From positions 9,052,001 through 9,116,000 of the forward strand of contig NW_027361875.1 in the NCBI RefSeq assembly GCF_039654945.1: a DNA stretch of 64,000 nt, read 5' to 3'. How positions within the stretch are numbered: the stretch's first letter is position 1; each line of letters begins with the position of its first letter. The position numbers and the translations under genes were made by a program. This DNA is from Dendrobates tinctorius. Lineage: Eukaryota. Below the pieces are notes generated by a model, which ran no database searches, was not told the DNA's origin, and saw nothing but the letters and a program-made list of their open reading frames with translations. Of this stretch, positions 48,334 to 61,769 are shown one piece after another.

Positions 48334-50826
48334 ATGGAAGATGTGCTATGGGGTGGAGGATGTTTGATGGGTATATGGGCACGGGACTATGGGATGGAGG
48401 ATGTGTGATTAATTTCTGTCATGTGCTCTCTGGTCCTTTCTGGGGGCAGACAATTGATGGGAGCTTATGTTCCCGGGGATGCTAGATTTCTCCCACCCGG
48501 TCAGTGTCTGCATAGGTGTTGTCGTGGAGTCGGAAAACTGTTGCTCATAGAAACCAATCACAGCTCAGCTTCTTTTAAACAGCTCTGGTGAAATGAAAGA
48601 TGCTTAGTAATTGGCTGCAAGGAAAACTGTTGCTCATAGCAACCATTCACAGCTCAGCTTCTTTTAAACAGCTCTGGTGAAATGAAAGATGCTTCATGAT
48701 TGATTAGTGATACACACATACACTCATACATTCAATTTTATATATAAAGATGTCATTCACTTTTTTGGCACTGAAAACTGCAGTTTTACCCTTGAAAGAC
48801 GCACAAAAAATCTGAGTGCAAAACACAGCATGTGAACAAGCCCATATTCTTTGGTCCAGCTTAACCTTACCTCCAGAAAGGGTCATCAATTTATGACTTG
48901 TTTACATAGAAGGCTTGTATCACTGTATTGTTGAGATGTATCCACGTTGTACAGTGTAAAAACTCTATTGATTGGCATTCCATTGTCTTGTGTTTATCTC
49001 TAGGCAATGATCGTGCTTGGCTCATCAGCATCAGTTCCCACACTGGTCCACGGAGCTTCCATTGTTTGCTGGCACTCATGGTAGATGACTAGATGGTTGT
49101 ACAGCCTCCTCTTGTCAATAGAATAAAACAAACCAATTTAAAAGCTAATTTAGTAAATGGTAATAAGTCTTACAACTTAATTGAGAGAACTCATCATTTT
49201 CCATTGCAACTCCTATAAATTTGGCTGTTTCTAAAGTTTATTTTGTTTAGTTTTTACATATTTTTGTGCTGTTTTTTTAAAGAGAAAGATTGCCAGAAGA
49301 TTGGGCACAATCAACATATATAGACAGCTTAAAGGGGCATTCCAACTATTGACATTGGAAGGGACCCTCAACTAATGAGAGAACTGGGGTTTGATATGCT
49401 TGTTTATTTCTGTAACCTCACCCCCATAGAAATTTATAGTAAGCATAGCATTCTTGCTCAACCTGCTCTCCCCACTTTTCTCTATTTTGCCCATTAAAAT
49501 TGACACAAAGAGAATCACAGGATCCCCATTCTCCTAGCGGAAAAGGTGAGTCATGGACTATGGATATGCCATAAACGCCAGCGGTCGGAAATACCCCTTT
49601 ATGGCTTTCTTCACAAATACTATTTTTTTGCTTTTTTTTGGCTTTTACAAAAACACCATTAGTTGGAGTTCTTTTTTTAACTAGTGTCATTTGGGTTGCG
49701 TTTCAATTTCAAGACATTATTTTTTACATAAAATACCTGTAAAAGTTTGTATCTTTTCTATAATATACGGTACCTAAAATTAAGAATTAAAAAAAAATAC
49801 CTGTAAAAATCACCATTTTTTATGGGAAAATAGCTGAAAAAAATGTTAGCTCTATTGTATACTAGATTCTGGAAAAAAAAATTGCTTTGGATCTAAAAGA
49901 AGCACAAACGGCCATATTTATCAAGACTTATACTCCAGTCTGAAAAAGAGACCATAGGAGTAACTTGTTTCATATTTTTCATTTATTATGTTGGCGAATT
50001 TTAGCATCTCCAAAAGTCAGAAAATAAATCTACACCTCCTACCAACAGGTGGAGATTTGTGCCAACCTTTGAGACATTTTCTAGAGCAAAGATTAATATA
50101 TTGGTCTAAAAATTGTTGGCTATGCTCTCTTCACGTATCCCATGCTTGTTTTTGAAACCTTTGGCGAGCATGGTATATAAATCCACTTTTGACTTTTTGT
50201 GGCTCAAAGTTTGCCAAAAACTAGGGTAATTATTCTCTGTAAAAATGTGGACTACTATATGAAGAAATTTCCACAATAAAAAAAGTTGGTCCACTGTATT
50301 AACCAGTTTTTGGCTTTTATTGACGTGATCAAAGGTCACGATTCATCATTTGAGGGGGTTTTTAAGTCACTTTTCTTTTTTTGTCTTGTGGTATTTGTAG
50401 ACATTCTTCAACATTGTGTATGTGGTTCATAAATTTTGTGCAAAATAAGAAAATGCTCATTTTTTCATTTTAACCTTTTTTTGCACCTTTTAAGAGAAAA
50501 AAGTGCAAAAAAATAGGTCATTCATAACATCACTTTAAGGGTTGACTGGAGTACATTTGTACAACAATTTTGTGACTTTTTAAATATTCACAATTCATAA
50601 ATTAGCTCAAAACATCTGGAAACTGCAAACCAAGACCACAATGTCCAACATAAAAACAGGCAAATACATATAAAACAGAGTTTGAAAAAGGCACAAAGAT
50701 AAACAAGAAAAGGAGACAAATTGAAAACAGGCAAAAACAACCAAAAAGTAGATTAAAAATGCATAAATGCAATAATGAATTGTTTCTAAGTTTGTAAAAG
50801 TTGCAACGTGTATAAAAAAAATTTAA

Positions 50827-51905
50827 CCCCTTAATGACCAGAGGGTTTTTTTGGCGTTTTCCTTTTTTACTCCACATTCTTCCCAGAACCATAAATTTTT
50901 TATTTTTTTGTTCAATATGGCCATAACAACCCCATTGGTTTTACCATGTTGTGTACTGGAGAACGGGAAAAAAATCCAAGTGCAGTGAAATTGCAAAAAA
51001 AAATGCAATCTCACAGTTGTTTTTTGTTTTGCTTTTTTACTATGTTCACTAAATGCTAAAACTGACTTGCCATTATGATTCACCAGGTCATTATGAGTTC
51101 ATAGACACTAAACATGTCTAGGTTCTTTTTTATTTAAGTGGTGAAAAAAAATTCCAAATTTTACTAAAAAAATGCTCCATTTTCCGACACCCATAGTGTC
51201 TCCATTTTTCGTAATCTCAGGTCGGGTGAGGGCTTATTTTTTGTGTGCTGAGCTGACATCTTTTGGTTGCCCATTATTGTATTTTATTGCAATGTAGCGG
51301 CGGCCAAATAAACGTAATTCTGGCGTTTTGACTTTTTTCTTGTTACGCCGTTTAGTGATTGGGTTAATTCTTTTTTTATATTGATAGATCGAGTGATTCT
51401 GAACCTGGCGATACCAAATATGTGTATGGTTTTTTTTATTGTTTTATTTTGAATCGGGTGAAAGGGGGGTGATTTGAACTTTTGGATTTTTTTATTTTTT
51501 TAAAAACAATTTTTTTTATTTTTCTGCATGCTTCAATAGTCTTTATGGGAGACTAGAAGCTTCAGTTGTACGATTGGCTCTTCTACATACAGGTGATGAT
51601 CAAAATCGCCTGTATATAGCACCACCGGGGATGGCGCTCATAGCAATCCAGCAATGACAAACATAGAGATCTGCAGGAGACATCTGGTTGTCATGCCGTC
51701 CCATCGGTGACCCGCGATCACGTAACAGGGGTCACCGATGGGCGGGATTTCCGGTGCACTTGCTGGAATCGCAAGTTAAATACCGCTGTCAGAGTTCAGA
51801 GTTCCACCCATGGCTGTCCCTGGCACAAATCAGCTGACATGTGCCTAGAAAGGGTGTGGGCTCAGTGCCGGAGCCTGCACCAAACAGGGGGAGTCCAGAA
51901 AGGGG
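50827..51905. mobile_element. TTAA-flanked non-autonomous DNA element (piggyBac-like termini)
   Basis: TTAA|CCCCTTAATGACC ... GTCCAGAAAGGGG|TTAA; homologous to the two halves at 20770-21259 and 34932-35485. Confidence 0.8.
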
Positions 51906-53158
51906 TTAATATTGATGTATTATACTCACAAAAAGTGTAGAAATTGCACATGTTTAAACAAGCGGACGCATGTCCTGGGACTTTTAGAAAAATATATTTT
52001 TGCAGTTTAAAAAAATCCCTGTCACCAAGTGGTTTATCTTAAGAAAAAAGAGTTTACTCAACCTCCAGTGCTCAGTGTCCACTGCTGCTCCCGATGTATG
52101 TTATTTTCCGCAGTTCTGACATTACATAAATCAGTGAGCACAGCTGTTCATGCTGTCTACTCTATTTTACTGAGCTCAGTTATTAGCTACAGTACTATCA
52201 ATGTGATGTCAGCGCTGCAGACAACAGCAGACACCAGGAGCAGTAGCAGAGACTCAGTGCTGTACCTAGGAAGGGTGAATAAGGAAAGTTTGGGTTTTTA
52301 ACCCCTTTCCAACATCGGGCGAAATAGTACACCAAATGTCAGACTCTCTCCCTTTGATGTGGGCTCCGGCGCTAAGCCCACATCTTTTCTGGCTCATGTC
52401 AGCTGTTTTGAACAGCTGACATGTGCCTCTAACAGTCGTGGGTGGAATCGTGATCCTCCTGTGTCTGTTAACCTGTTAAATGCCGCTGTCAAACTCTGAC
52501 AGCGGCATTCAATAAGCGTTTCCGGCAAGTGCAACTGAAATCCTGCCCATCGGTGACCCCGTGCACATTGATGCGTTTTTTACCGTGAAAAAAACGCATT
52601 GCGGTAAAAAACGCAGCATGCTCATTAATTTTGCGGATTTTTCTGCGGTTTTGGCTTCTTCCATGCGTTTTGAAACCGCTGGGGAAAAAAACGCATCAAA
52701 ACCAAAAAACGCGCAAAAACCGCCGCGGAAAAATAGGTGCGGTTTCTGGGAAGGGAATCAGGTTTTTGAGCAGAAATTTTCTGCTACGTGTGCACTTAGC
52801 CTAAAAGTGTAATCTTCATTTTAATTTTTATTTCATAAATCAATAGTTCACATGAAAATAAGAAACTTTGTAATACATATATATCTGATCAGAGAATTCT
52901 GCTTCTTTCTTCTCCAGGACTGATCAGGCATTTTAAAAAATTCTCAATTCCCGGGTAAAATTTGTATTCAGTGAAGAGAGAATGTTACACTACTGAGATA
53001 GGAGATGACAGATTTGTAAGCCAAAACCGGGAAAAATACAGAAGTGGTGATGTGTTTCTATTATACTTTTCCTCTGATTGTTCCTCTGCTGATTTTGGCT
53101 TACAGATACTGATGTAAAATACTGACCAAATACTGAACTTGTGAACATAGCCTAAAAG

Positions 53159-53671
53159 CAGAGGTCCCCAACCAGTAGCTTGGGAGCCACATGTGGCTGG
53201 CGGTCCCATGAATTGTGGCTTGCGGCTGTCTGCCAGCTTGGTGCATTAGCTCCGGGTCTAGAAAACAGGTATGAAGAGCACATCTAAAAATGGTGAATTT
53301 TGTGAGTAGCCCTGCACAGAAGAGCAGATGTGGATGCACATACACTGGTCTTAGGGGATTATAGATGCTTTGGGTGTGGTACGCTGGAGGATGATACTAC
53401 CTGTTAGAGGAGGTGCTCAAAGCTGGATGTGACAGAATACTGAGTGGGGGTATTGTGGGAACCCCTGGATCTCAGTGTACTGCTTTGGAGTGATTTCTGA
53501 GGAAAAGCTTTGGTTATCATTATACCTGTAATGGGGCCTTTGGTTGACACTACTTTGAAGGTGGTGAGAGCTGGATGTGGCTCGCGCCCCTCTCTCTGTG
53601 CTGATTGTGGCTCACGACCCTATCTCTAAGCTGAATGTGGTTCTCAAGGTCAGAAAGATTGGGGACCACTG
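53159..53671. mobile_element. Non-autonomous hAT element
   Basis: TIRs CAGAGGTCCCCAACC / GATTGGGGACCACTG and perfect 8-bp TSD CCTAAAAG. Confidence 0.9.
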
Positions 53672-55006
53672 CCTAAAAGAGCGAATTGTGATTGTAACAT
53701 AATTTCGCAAAATACAATAAATTATTATAAATGTGTTCAAATTGGTTTTCTGAGTTATGAATTTATCACTTTTAAGTTTTATGATTTAGTTTTAGAAAAC
53801 AAATTAAAAAAAAATGTCTGGAATTTGTGGCATCCTTGGCACGAATCTTCCGCTGACTATGGCATATATTTTACTGCTGCTGTCTTCTAAGTCACTTTTG
53901 CCATTTTGCTCTTGACAAAGGTTCCACATAATCCTGGTCTTATGAGTTTCACTAGAGAAACCTGCATTGACTTTAGGAAGTTACAAATGTCAGTGTTAAC
54001 AGACTGAAACCAGGGATGAATCTCGACTTCTAATTAGCGGGGACAAGACAGTTACATAAAGGGTATTGTCCATATTATCCTTTGGATATTCCACATAGTT
54101 ATATCATAAATATCTGATAGATTCAGGACTCACCTCTGAATCCCACACGTAGTGAAGTTTGGAGATCTCAGAGGCGGGAGAAGGATGTATGAGACATGAG
54201 TAATGCAGACTTTCTAACAAAAAAAAAAAACAAACAGAAAAATGCAGCATGAGAAAAAACATTTTTGAAATATTTTGGAAGTTATATCTCTGGGTAAATG
54301 TTTAGTGAAATATATAAATTCTGAAAAGTCAAAGAATACAAAAAATAATCATTACATTTCGTCATGTTACCTGCCGTCGTCATTGACACCCTATATGCAC
54401 AGGTAGTACATTGGCATATCTCATACTTAATAAATATCTCATTCAATCCTAAAGCATTGTAAACAAAATAAATTAAATAATGTAAAGGATAAGTTAAAAA
54501 AATACTAAATTATTTAAAACAGTTATTATTAAATATTAAACAGAATATATACAGAACATATACATATTAGGCATCTACTAATCATTACAATCCAAGTAAT
54601 AAGTACTTATGAAACATATAATTTTAAGCATTCAAAGAATGGTGTAATCAAAACAATGTTTTACATTATGAACTACATACCATATGCCATATTATGTGCC
54701 AAAAAATTATACCAAAAATATATCTTAAAATGCAAAAAAACATAAAAAAGATGTCCCTCTGATTGCATTGATCCATGAATTTGTTCATACAAAAACAGAA
54801 AAAAGTCGCAATGACCAAAGACACTTGTCTGAAACGTGTTTATTAAGATTTCCAAAGTTTTTTTACTGTATTGTTGCGACTTTTTTCTATTTTTGTATGA
54901 ATAGATTTATGGCTTTTAATAGAAGGCTCTGATGTTGGAATTTCTTACATTTCCTATTTACCCATCCTGTGGCACTACAAGTTTCCATGCAATGGATCTT
55001 CCCATG

Positions 55007-55158
55007 NNNNNNNNNNNNNNNNNNNNNNNNNNNNNNNNNNNNNNNNNNNNNNNNNNNNNNNNNNNNNNNNNNNNNNNNNNNNNNNNNNNNNNNNNNNNNN
55101 NNNNNNNNNNNNNNNNNNNNNNNNNNNNNNNNNNNNNNNNNNNNNNNNNNNNNNNNNN
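55007..55158. other. Assembly gap (152 N)
   Basis: Run of n characters. Confidence 1.
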
Positions 55159-56129
55159 TGTATTTGTGACCAAAATGATCTCTGTCTTTAAAAGGTTATG
55201 AATATATAAGAAATTTACCTGCAGTCCTATGTAAAGTGTGAAATTTTGATTCTCAGTCTGACAGTCACCCCTAATATATATATTCAAAGTTTTTGTTACA
55301 TATAGACTTTAATAATTACTTGATCTGTATTTTACAATTAAATTGCTTAATGTAATAAATGATGAATGTAGCATATTATGCATCTCTTAAAGAAAGCCAA
55401 TCCACCAAAATATATAAATATATGTGTCAAAATTAGCAAAACTTGGAATAAAACAATGATTTTTAGATGGCTGTTCCCTCAATTTACATAGAAATTAGGG
55501 TGAAAAGATGTCCTTTGTATAAAGTCTATGGTGAAAGAGGGAAAAAAGGAGAAAGAAAAGAATGAAACCAGTGGTCAGAGGAACAAAATAAGTTACAGAC
55601 GGGCTCTTATCGGGATAATCTGGCCATTTTTATTCCCTCTTAGACAGCTTTTCTTATTCAGAGTGAAAGTAAATATGTCCCTTATCGACAGAAGCATGGC
55701 TCTTTTCAACAGGTCCTGGGGAGATAGTGTAAAGGCTGAATTGCTTGTACTATCTCACACAGGGCAGGTGGATGCAAATGAAATCTGGGTAGAAAATATC
55801 CTGAATAATGCAAAACCAAAGATTTCTATCACCCAACCATCAGCCATCATGAATAAAAGTGAATCAATCATTTTAGTTATATAATTTGTGGTTGTAATTC
55901 ACTTTGATGCATCCCTTAGTTACACTGAAGAAGGAAAGGGGGAGAGGAGAAGGAGGTGGGGGAGGGTCATTTTAGAAGGGAATGTTGGTCACTGCATGCC
56001 ACCCAGGATGTTATTCACAAGTAACAATTCCCATTATCTGTTCCACTTCGGACTAATCAGACAGAATATGTAAAGATGAATCTTGTTTCCTGTTGTCATT
56101 GGGAGGTAAGGGTTATCTCTAGGGAGGAG

Positions 56130-56290
56130 TGAGGATAAGTGGAGGTGAGAGGAGGGGGTTTCGATTCCCATTAGGGTCTTAAGCACTTGACTCATTCTGG
56201 TACTTAGCGTGCTGTAGATTGGGACGGTGTGAATGCGGTTAGTTTATGTTTGTGTGTACACGGGGTGGCATGTTTATATAAACAGCTCCT
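56130..56290 (+). promoter_or_regulatory. Putative proximal promoter of the NK2 gene
   Basis: TATA-like TTTATATAAA at ~56273-82, ~130 bp upstream of the ATG; NK2-type sites CACTTGA (~56184-90) and TAAGTGG (~56137). Confidence 0.5.
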
Positions 56291-56412
56291 CTCTGTAAGT
56301 GACACTAATATTTTGCCTAGACTGGAGAGAGGAAGCAGCAAAGTGCGGACCACAGGCTAAGCCACCATACCCCACATACCTCTCATACTTTTGGATTATT
56401 CCTTCTACAAAG

Positions 56413-56557
56413 ATGTCCTCTTCCAGTAGACTAAGCTTCACAGTCCGGAGAATTTTGGATTTACCGGAATATGATGGCAACGTTATCCCAGCAGACCCAT
56501 CCTTAAGGAGCTCTCCTTACCCAGATTGGATGGAGAATGAAAGGAACCATTATATAT
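56413..56557 (+). CDS. NKX2-8: NK2 homeobox 8 (Nkx2.9-like), coding exon 1
   Basis: MSSSSRLSFTVRRILDLPE is a TN/eh1 domain resembling the NKX2-8 N-terminus; GTAAGT donor at 56558, phase 1. Confidence 0.88.
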
Positions 56558-56776
56558 GTAAGTTGGAGCTGGTTTAAAATTTAATATAGAATGTCATAGT
56601 TTTTTATACCAAAACTGTTGTTGGGTTTTTGGGAGAATAGTATGCCACAAAGGTATAACTTTCTACTATTTGTAATGACTTTTTAAGTTTCTCTAGCAAT
56701 TATGATTTCATGTCTACTTTTCCTTGATTGCTTGACTTTTTCTTTTACTTACATAGTATGTTTTATTATTTTTCAG

Positions 56777-57264
56777 CCTCCGATGAGAGTGGCTCAGAGA
56801 CAACTTTAGCAGACACCATGCAGAGGTCTGAAAACACATCTCACAGCCATGAATCTGAGAAGAAGAAGAAGAAAAGGAGAGTCCTCTTCTCCAAAGCTCA
56901 AACCCTAGAGCTAGAGAGGAGATTTCGCCAACAAAGATATCTCTCAGCCCCTGAAAGGGATCAACTAGCACATATTCTACAACTCACACCAACGCAGGTG
57001 AAGATATGGTTCCAGAACCACAGATATAAGATGAAGAGAGCTAAGCCTGAGGTGAGCAGCTCTCCTCCACCTCTACTAAAGCATGTTGTGGTACCAGTAC
57101 TGGTTAGAGATGGGAAGCCTTGCCATACTTGCTCTCCAGTCAGCACTACAGACAAGTTGCCCCTTTTTCCCACAATGCCACCTACAGGAGCTTTTAGTTT
57201 TGTCCACAGCTACCACCATAGCCAACATATACCTCACCCGTCCAGTCTTTCCTGGATATGGTGA
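56777..57264 (+). CDS. NKX2-8: NK2 homeobox 8 (Nkx2.9-like), coding exon 2; spliced product 210 aa
   Basis: TTTTCAG acceptor restores ...NHYISSDES. Homeodomain [28 protein letters not shown]...WFQNHRYK (Tyr54), NK2-specific domain [14 protein letters not shown]-terminal WIW. Confidence 0.92.
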
Positions 57265-58298
57265 CCAATGACACTTCAAGAAGATCTCAAAAACTTATCG
57301 AAAGGTTATCAAAAGTGGAATGCCGAAAGACTCAAATATCCATCTAGGCATAAAAGTGGGCCAAAAACTATAGTTCAGAAAATTGCAGCATGGAACTTTA
57401 TAGTTTTATCAGGTGATAAACTCTGAAAGAAATTTTGTTACCTATCAGTATTGCTAATAGTTTACCTACCACCATATATGTAAATATTGAGAGCTTTGTA
57501 TTTGTGTACATAGAAATGATATAATGTGTCTACTTCCATTTAACGGCAAATTAAATGTGTTTTATTTCCAATGATTTGTGTTTATCCATGTCGTCTATAA
57601 AGAGGTAAGTGGAGGCAGCTTCACCAATAACCTGAGCGATTTCAGCATCAATATTATTGAGTAAACTTTTATGTGGTTCTTCTATTATAACTATTCATTG
57701 GGATTTATACCCTGAGTATGAGGTAGAAAAATGGATCTGAATTTGGACATATTTTAATGTCACACCGCACAGGTTGGAAAGCCATAACTACCAGGAAAGC
57801 AGGTCTATGGTTACTTGCATCACAAAACTTATCCATAGTAATAGTACCAGCAAATGTTGAAACTATGAAAACATAATGCAGATAATGTACAGGTTTTTAA
57901 GAGCTTTTAAATATTTTTAGTTTGTTAATTTTCTTTATTAACTTTTTTTATTGGACACGTGGATATATGATTCCCTCTGATGGTCCTCACATGTGTTCCT
58001 TGAGAATCTTTTCAATGTTTACATTTTTTCATTTAAACTTTACACACTTAATATTTTTTTTCCTTCTGATTACATTTTCCTCATAATTTTGTCTTTCAAT
58101 CCATGAATCTTACGTTTATTAATGTACTTTAATAATGATATGTCAAAACCCCTCAGTAACAATAATAATGATATGTAGAAAACCCCTCAGTAATAATAAT
58201 GTCATAATAATGATAAGTAATAATAATAATGTGTCATAATAATGATATGTGAAATCCCCTCAGTAACAATACTTTTCTGTATTTGTATATGTGTTTTC

Positions 58299-58341
<43 letters not shown>

Positions 58342-59099
58342 TGTATATATGTATGTATTATTTATGTAGGGTTTTGATCTGACATTTATATATATGCTTG
58401 AGAAAGGTTGTGTAATAGGACCGAAACGTCGCCAAATGGACTAATAAAGTCCACCCTTTTTGCCTAATACTGTAATGCTGCATCTTTTTATCTTTATGTA
58501 TCTGACGGTTATGGGATTGTCGGTCCAAGAGGCTTGTACATGAGTTTTTTTAATTGATTGCAATTTTTTTGCATGTTGTGGTGCTTCATTTTTCTCTATG
58601 TACTGTATGTGTGTGTATATATATATACCGTATAGATATAATTTTTTCTAATGATTTAAGCAGCAAGGGAAACACGTCAGAGGAAAGGGTAGTAAAGGAT
58701 AACAAATACAGAAAACTACCTTTCAAGAAAGTAAAAACTCCACCTCTGGGGACGATTACTTGTACTAATATTACTCATCCACTTTCAATGAGAATGTGCC
58801 TATATGAATAAGTGACTACCATATGCGCTGATCTATAAATACCTAATGTCTTTTAAGCAAAAGTTTCTTTCCCAGTCCCTTTTGGTTAAAAAGAAATGAT
58901 CAAATAAATCTACTAATTCGAAGTAAAGAAGGTTCAGACTTGCTGAATTGTGCTCAACCGCCATCACTTTCTTCCTGCAGATTTTACTCATCTTTCCCAT
59001 ACGACACTACATGGTAAATGGAAATGCCATCTTTGGATGTGGCAATCAGGTGGTTTTCTGACAGATCCTGAGAAAGAACTGACGAGTTCCCATTGATGT

Positions 59100-60273
59100 T
59101 TATTATGGAGCACACTCAGACTGGGTCACGGTTAGCAGTGGGGAACCACAGGGTCAGTTTTGGGCCCACTTCTTTTTAACATATTTATTAATGACCTTGT
59201 AGGGGGCATAGAGAGTGGAATTTCAATATTTGCAGATGACACTAAACTCTGCAGGGTAATCAATACAGAGGATGACAATTTTATATTACAGGAGGATTTA
59301 TGTAAACTAGAAGCTTGGGCTGCTAAATGGCAAATGAGCTTTAATGGGGATAAATGTAAGGTCATGCACTTGGGTAGAACAAACAAGATGTATAATTATG
59401 TGCTTAATTGTAAAACACTGGGCAAAACTGTCACTGAAAAAGACCTAGATGTATGGATGGACGACAAACTCGCATTTAGTGGCCAGTGTCAGGCAGCTGC
59501 TGCAAAGGCAAATAAAATAATGGGATGCATTAAAAGAGGCATAGATGCTCATGAGGAGAACATAATTTTACCTCTATATAAGTCACTAGTGTGACCACAC
59601 TTAGAATACTGTGTACAGTTCTGGTCTCCGGTGTATAAGAAAGACATAGCTGAACTGGAGCGGGTGCAGAGAAGAGCGACCAAGGTTATTAGGGAACTGG
59701 GGGGTCTGCAATACCAAGACAGGTTATTACACTTGGGGTTATTTAGTTTGGAAAATCGAAGGCTTAGGGGTGATCTTATTACAATGTATAAATACATGCG
59801 GGGACAGTACAAAGACCTTTCTAACGATCGTTTTACTCTTAGACCTGTGACGGGGAGAAGAGGGCATCCTCTACGTCTGGAGGAAAGAAGGTTTAAGCAT
59901 ACACACAGATGCGGATTCTTTACTGTAAGAGCAGTGAGACTATGGAACTCTCTGCCATATGATGTTGTAATGAGTGATTCCCTACTAAAATTTAAAAAGG
60001 GACTGTATGCCTTTCTTGAAAAGTATAATATTACAGGGTATATACACTAGTTTCCTTAATATTGTGTTGATCCAGGGAGCTAGTCTGATTGCCGTATGTG
60101 GAGTCGGGAAGGAATTTTTTTCCCCAATGTGAAGCTTACTGTTTGCCACATGGTTTTTTTTGCCTTCCTCTGGATCAACATATTAGGGCAAGTTAGGATA
60201 GGATATGGGTTGAACTAGATGGACTTAATGTCTTCCTTCAACCTTAATAACTATGTTACTATGTTACTATGTA
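59100..60273 (+). mobile_element. CR1 LINE 3' fragment
   Basis: [35 protein letters not shown] and FFTVRAVRLWNSLP; (CTATGTTA)n tail at ~60250-60273. Confidence 0.93.
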
Positions 60274-61769
60274 AGCATAATAGAGAAGTGGAGTAATATT
60301 TTTTTTTACTTTCTGAAAAGACACAAAAATCTATGTAAATATTTAGTTTCCCTATGTGGCCATGTTCAATCTTTGTACAACATCAAGCCAAGAATAGGAT
60401 CATGATTTATGTTAAGATAGTGGAAAATTCTACACATCATGCACGCCTAATATTACATAAAAAAAAAACTTTGGAAAAAAATGTTGTGTTCACATAGATG
60501 TCATGGAGTTGGTTTCAGTAGGATCTGTTACTAATGTGATCCGGTTTTCGGTTTAGATTGGTCTGTCAGACATTTATTTACTTTGCGTATTTATATAGCA
60601 TCATCATATTCTGCAGCACAACCATCACCGCTGTCACTATTGGGGTTCACAATCTAGATTCCTTATCAGTATGTCTTTAGAGTGTGGGAGGAAACAGAAA
60701 AACCCAGATGGAACCCACGCAATGTTGTCCATGGTGGGATGTAAACTCAGGACCCTAGCTAGCACTGCAAGGCTGCAGAGCAAATCACTGAGCTTCTGTG
60801 GTTTTTGTTATTATTTAATGAAAAAGGGCAGCAGCGTCAGAAAGATGAAAAAAAAGTTGTTTTTTTTAAATTGTGAAACAATTATAATTTTTCATTTTTA
60901 CACTATTGCCATATAGGAGGAGTGTAGGCATATATATCTGCCAAATGGCATTTGTCTATTCAAAGATATTAAGAAGATTTCAGGTAATGTGACCTGTAAA
61001 AACTTTTTTGATCGTGACAGCCATATGAGGCTACAGGGAATAACATGGAGCACAAAGTCTGTTTAAAACTCCAGTCCAAACACTTTGGGGCAGATTCATC
61101 AGACAGTTTTGCACCAGATACCTGACATTATCTTGTATTTAGCAAAACTTTTTTCAACTTTTGATTTTTGTTTAACCAGTTAGTCCAACTTTTTGAAAAG
61201 GGGGCAGAACTTAGCTGGAGAGAGTGTGCCTGAGCGCAGCCCAACAAATTTGTCATAACTTATGCCAAAACAATGTTGCAAATTTTGGCAGAAATGGACT
61301 CCAGTCCTTGATGCTGAAAGGGTCCATGACTCTTAAATTTGACGCTTCTTACCCCAGCACACCCTGGATCAAGACTAGAGTGCAAAACATCCCCCTCGAT
61401 GAATCGGCTCCTAGATGCTTTCTTCTAATTAAATGTTTTTCAGGAAATTTTGTGCCCAAGAGAAGTTTGGTATAAAAAAATAAGCCAGACTATACTCACT
61501 GACCCTGAGTCCATCACTGGGTCTCCACCGCTGCTCTCCGTGTCATTGGCTGCAGCGCTGCCATCACAACAACAGCACAACAGTCAATCAGTGAGCTCAG
61601 CAGCTTGTGCCGCCAACTCAGGCAGAGCCACTGAGCTTGGCTATTAGCAATTCCAGACACTGGGTGTAGTGGCAAAGACTCAACAGGGCACCTGGAGAAA
61701 ATGAATAGCACTTTTTTATGCCAAAAGTCGCCAAGAGAATGAAGATTTCCTAAAGGGACACCCCTTTTA

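Larger units (their letters stand above)
46930..48750 (-). mobile_element. Non-autonomous Helitron carrying minisatellites
   Basis: On the minus strand it starts A|TCTTTATATATAAA (48750) and ends CCCGGGCAGCGCCGGG hairpin + CTCTTCAG + CTAG|T (46930); no TSD. Confidence 0.75.

Noticed and set aside
54932-55287. ORFs spanning the N run
   Set aside because: Artefacts of the assembly gap.
56728-56776. ORF-track N-terminus of the homeobox ORF
   Set aside because: Intronic pyrimidine-rich tract; the real N-terminus comes from exon 1 at 56413.
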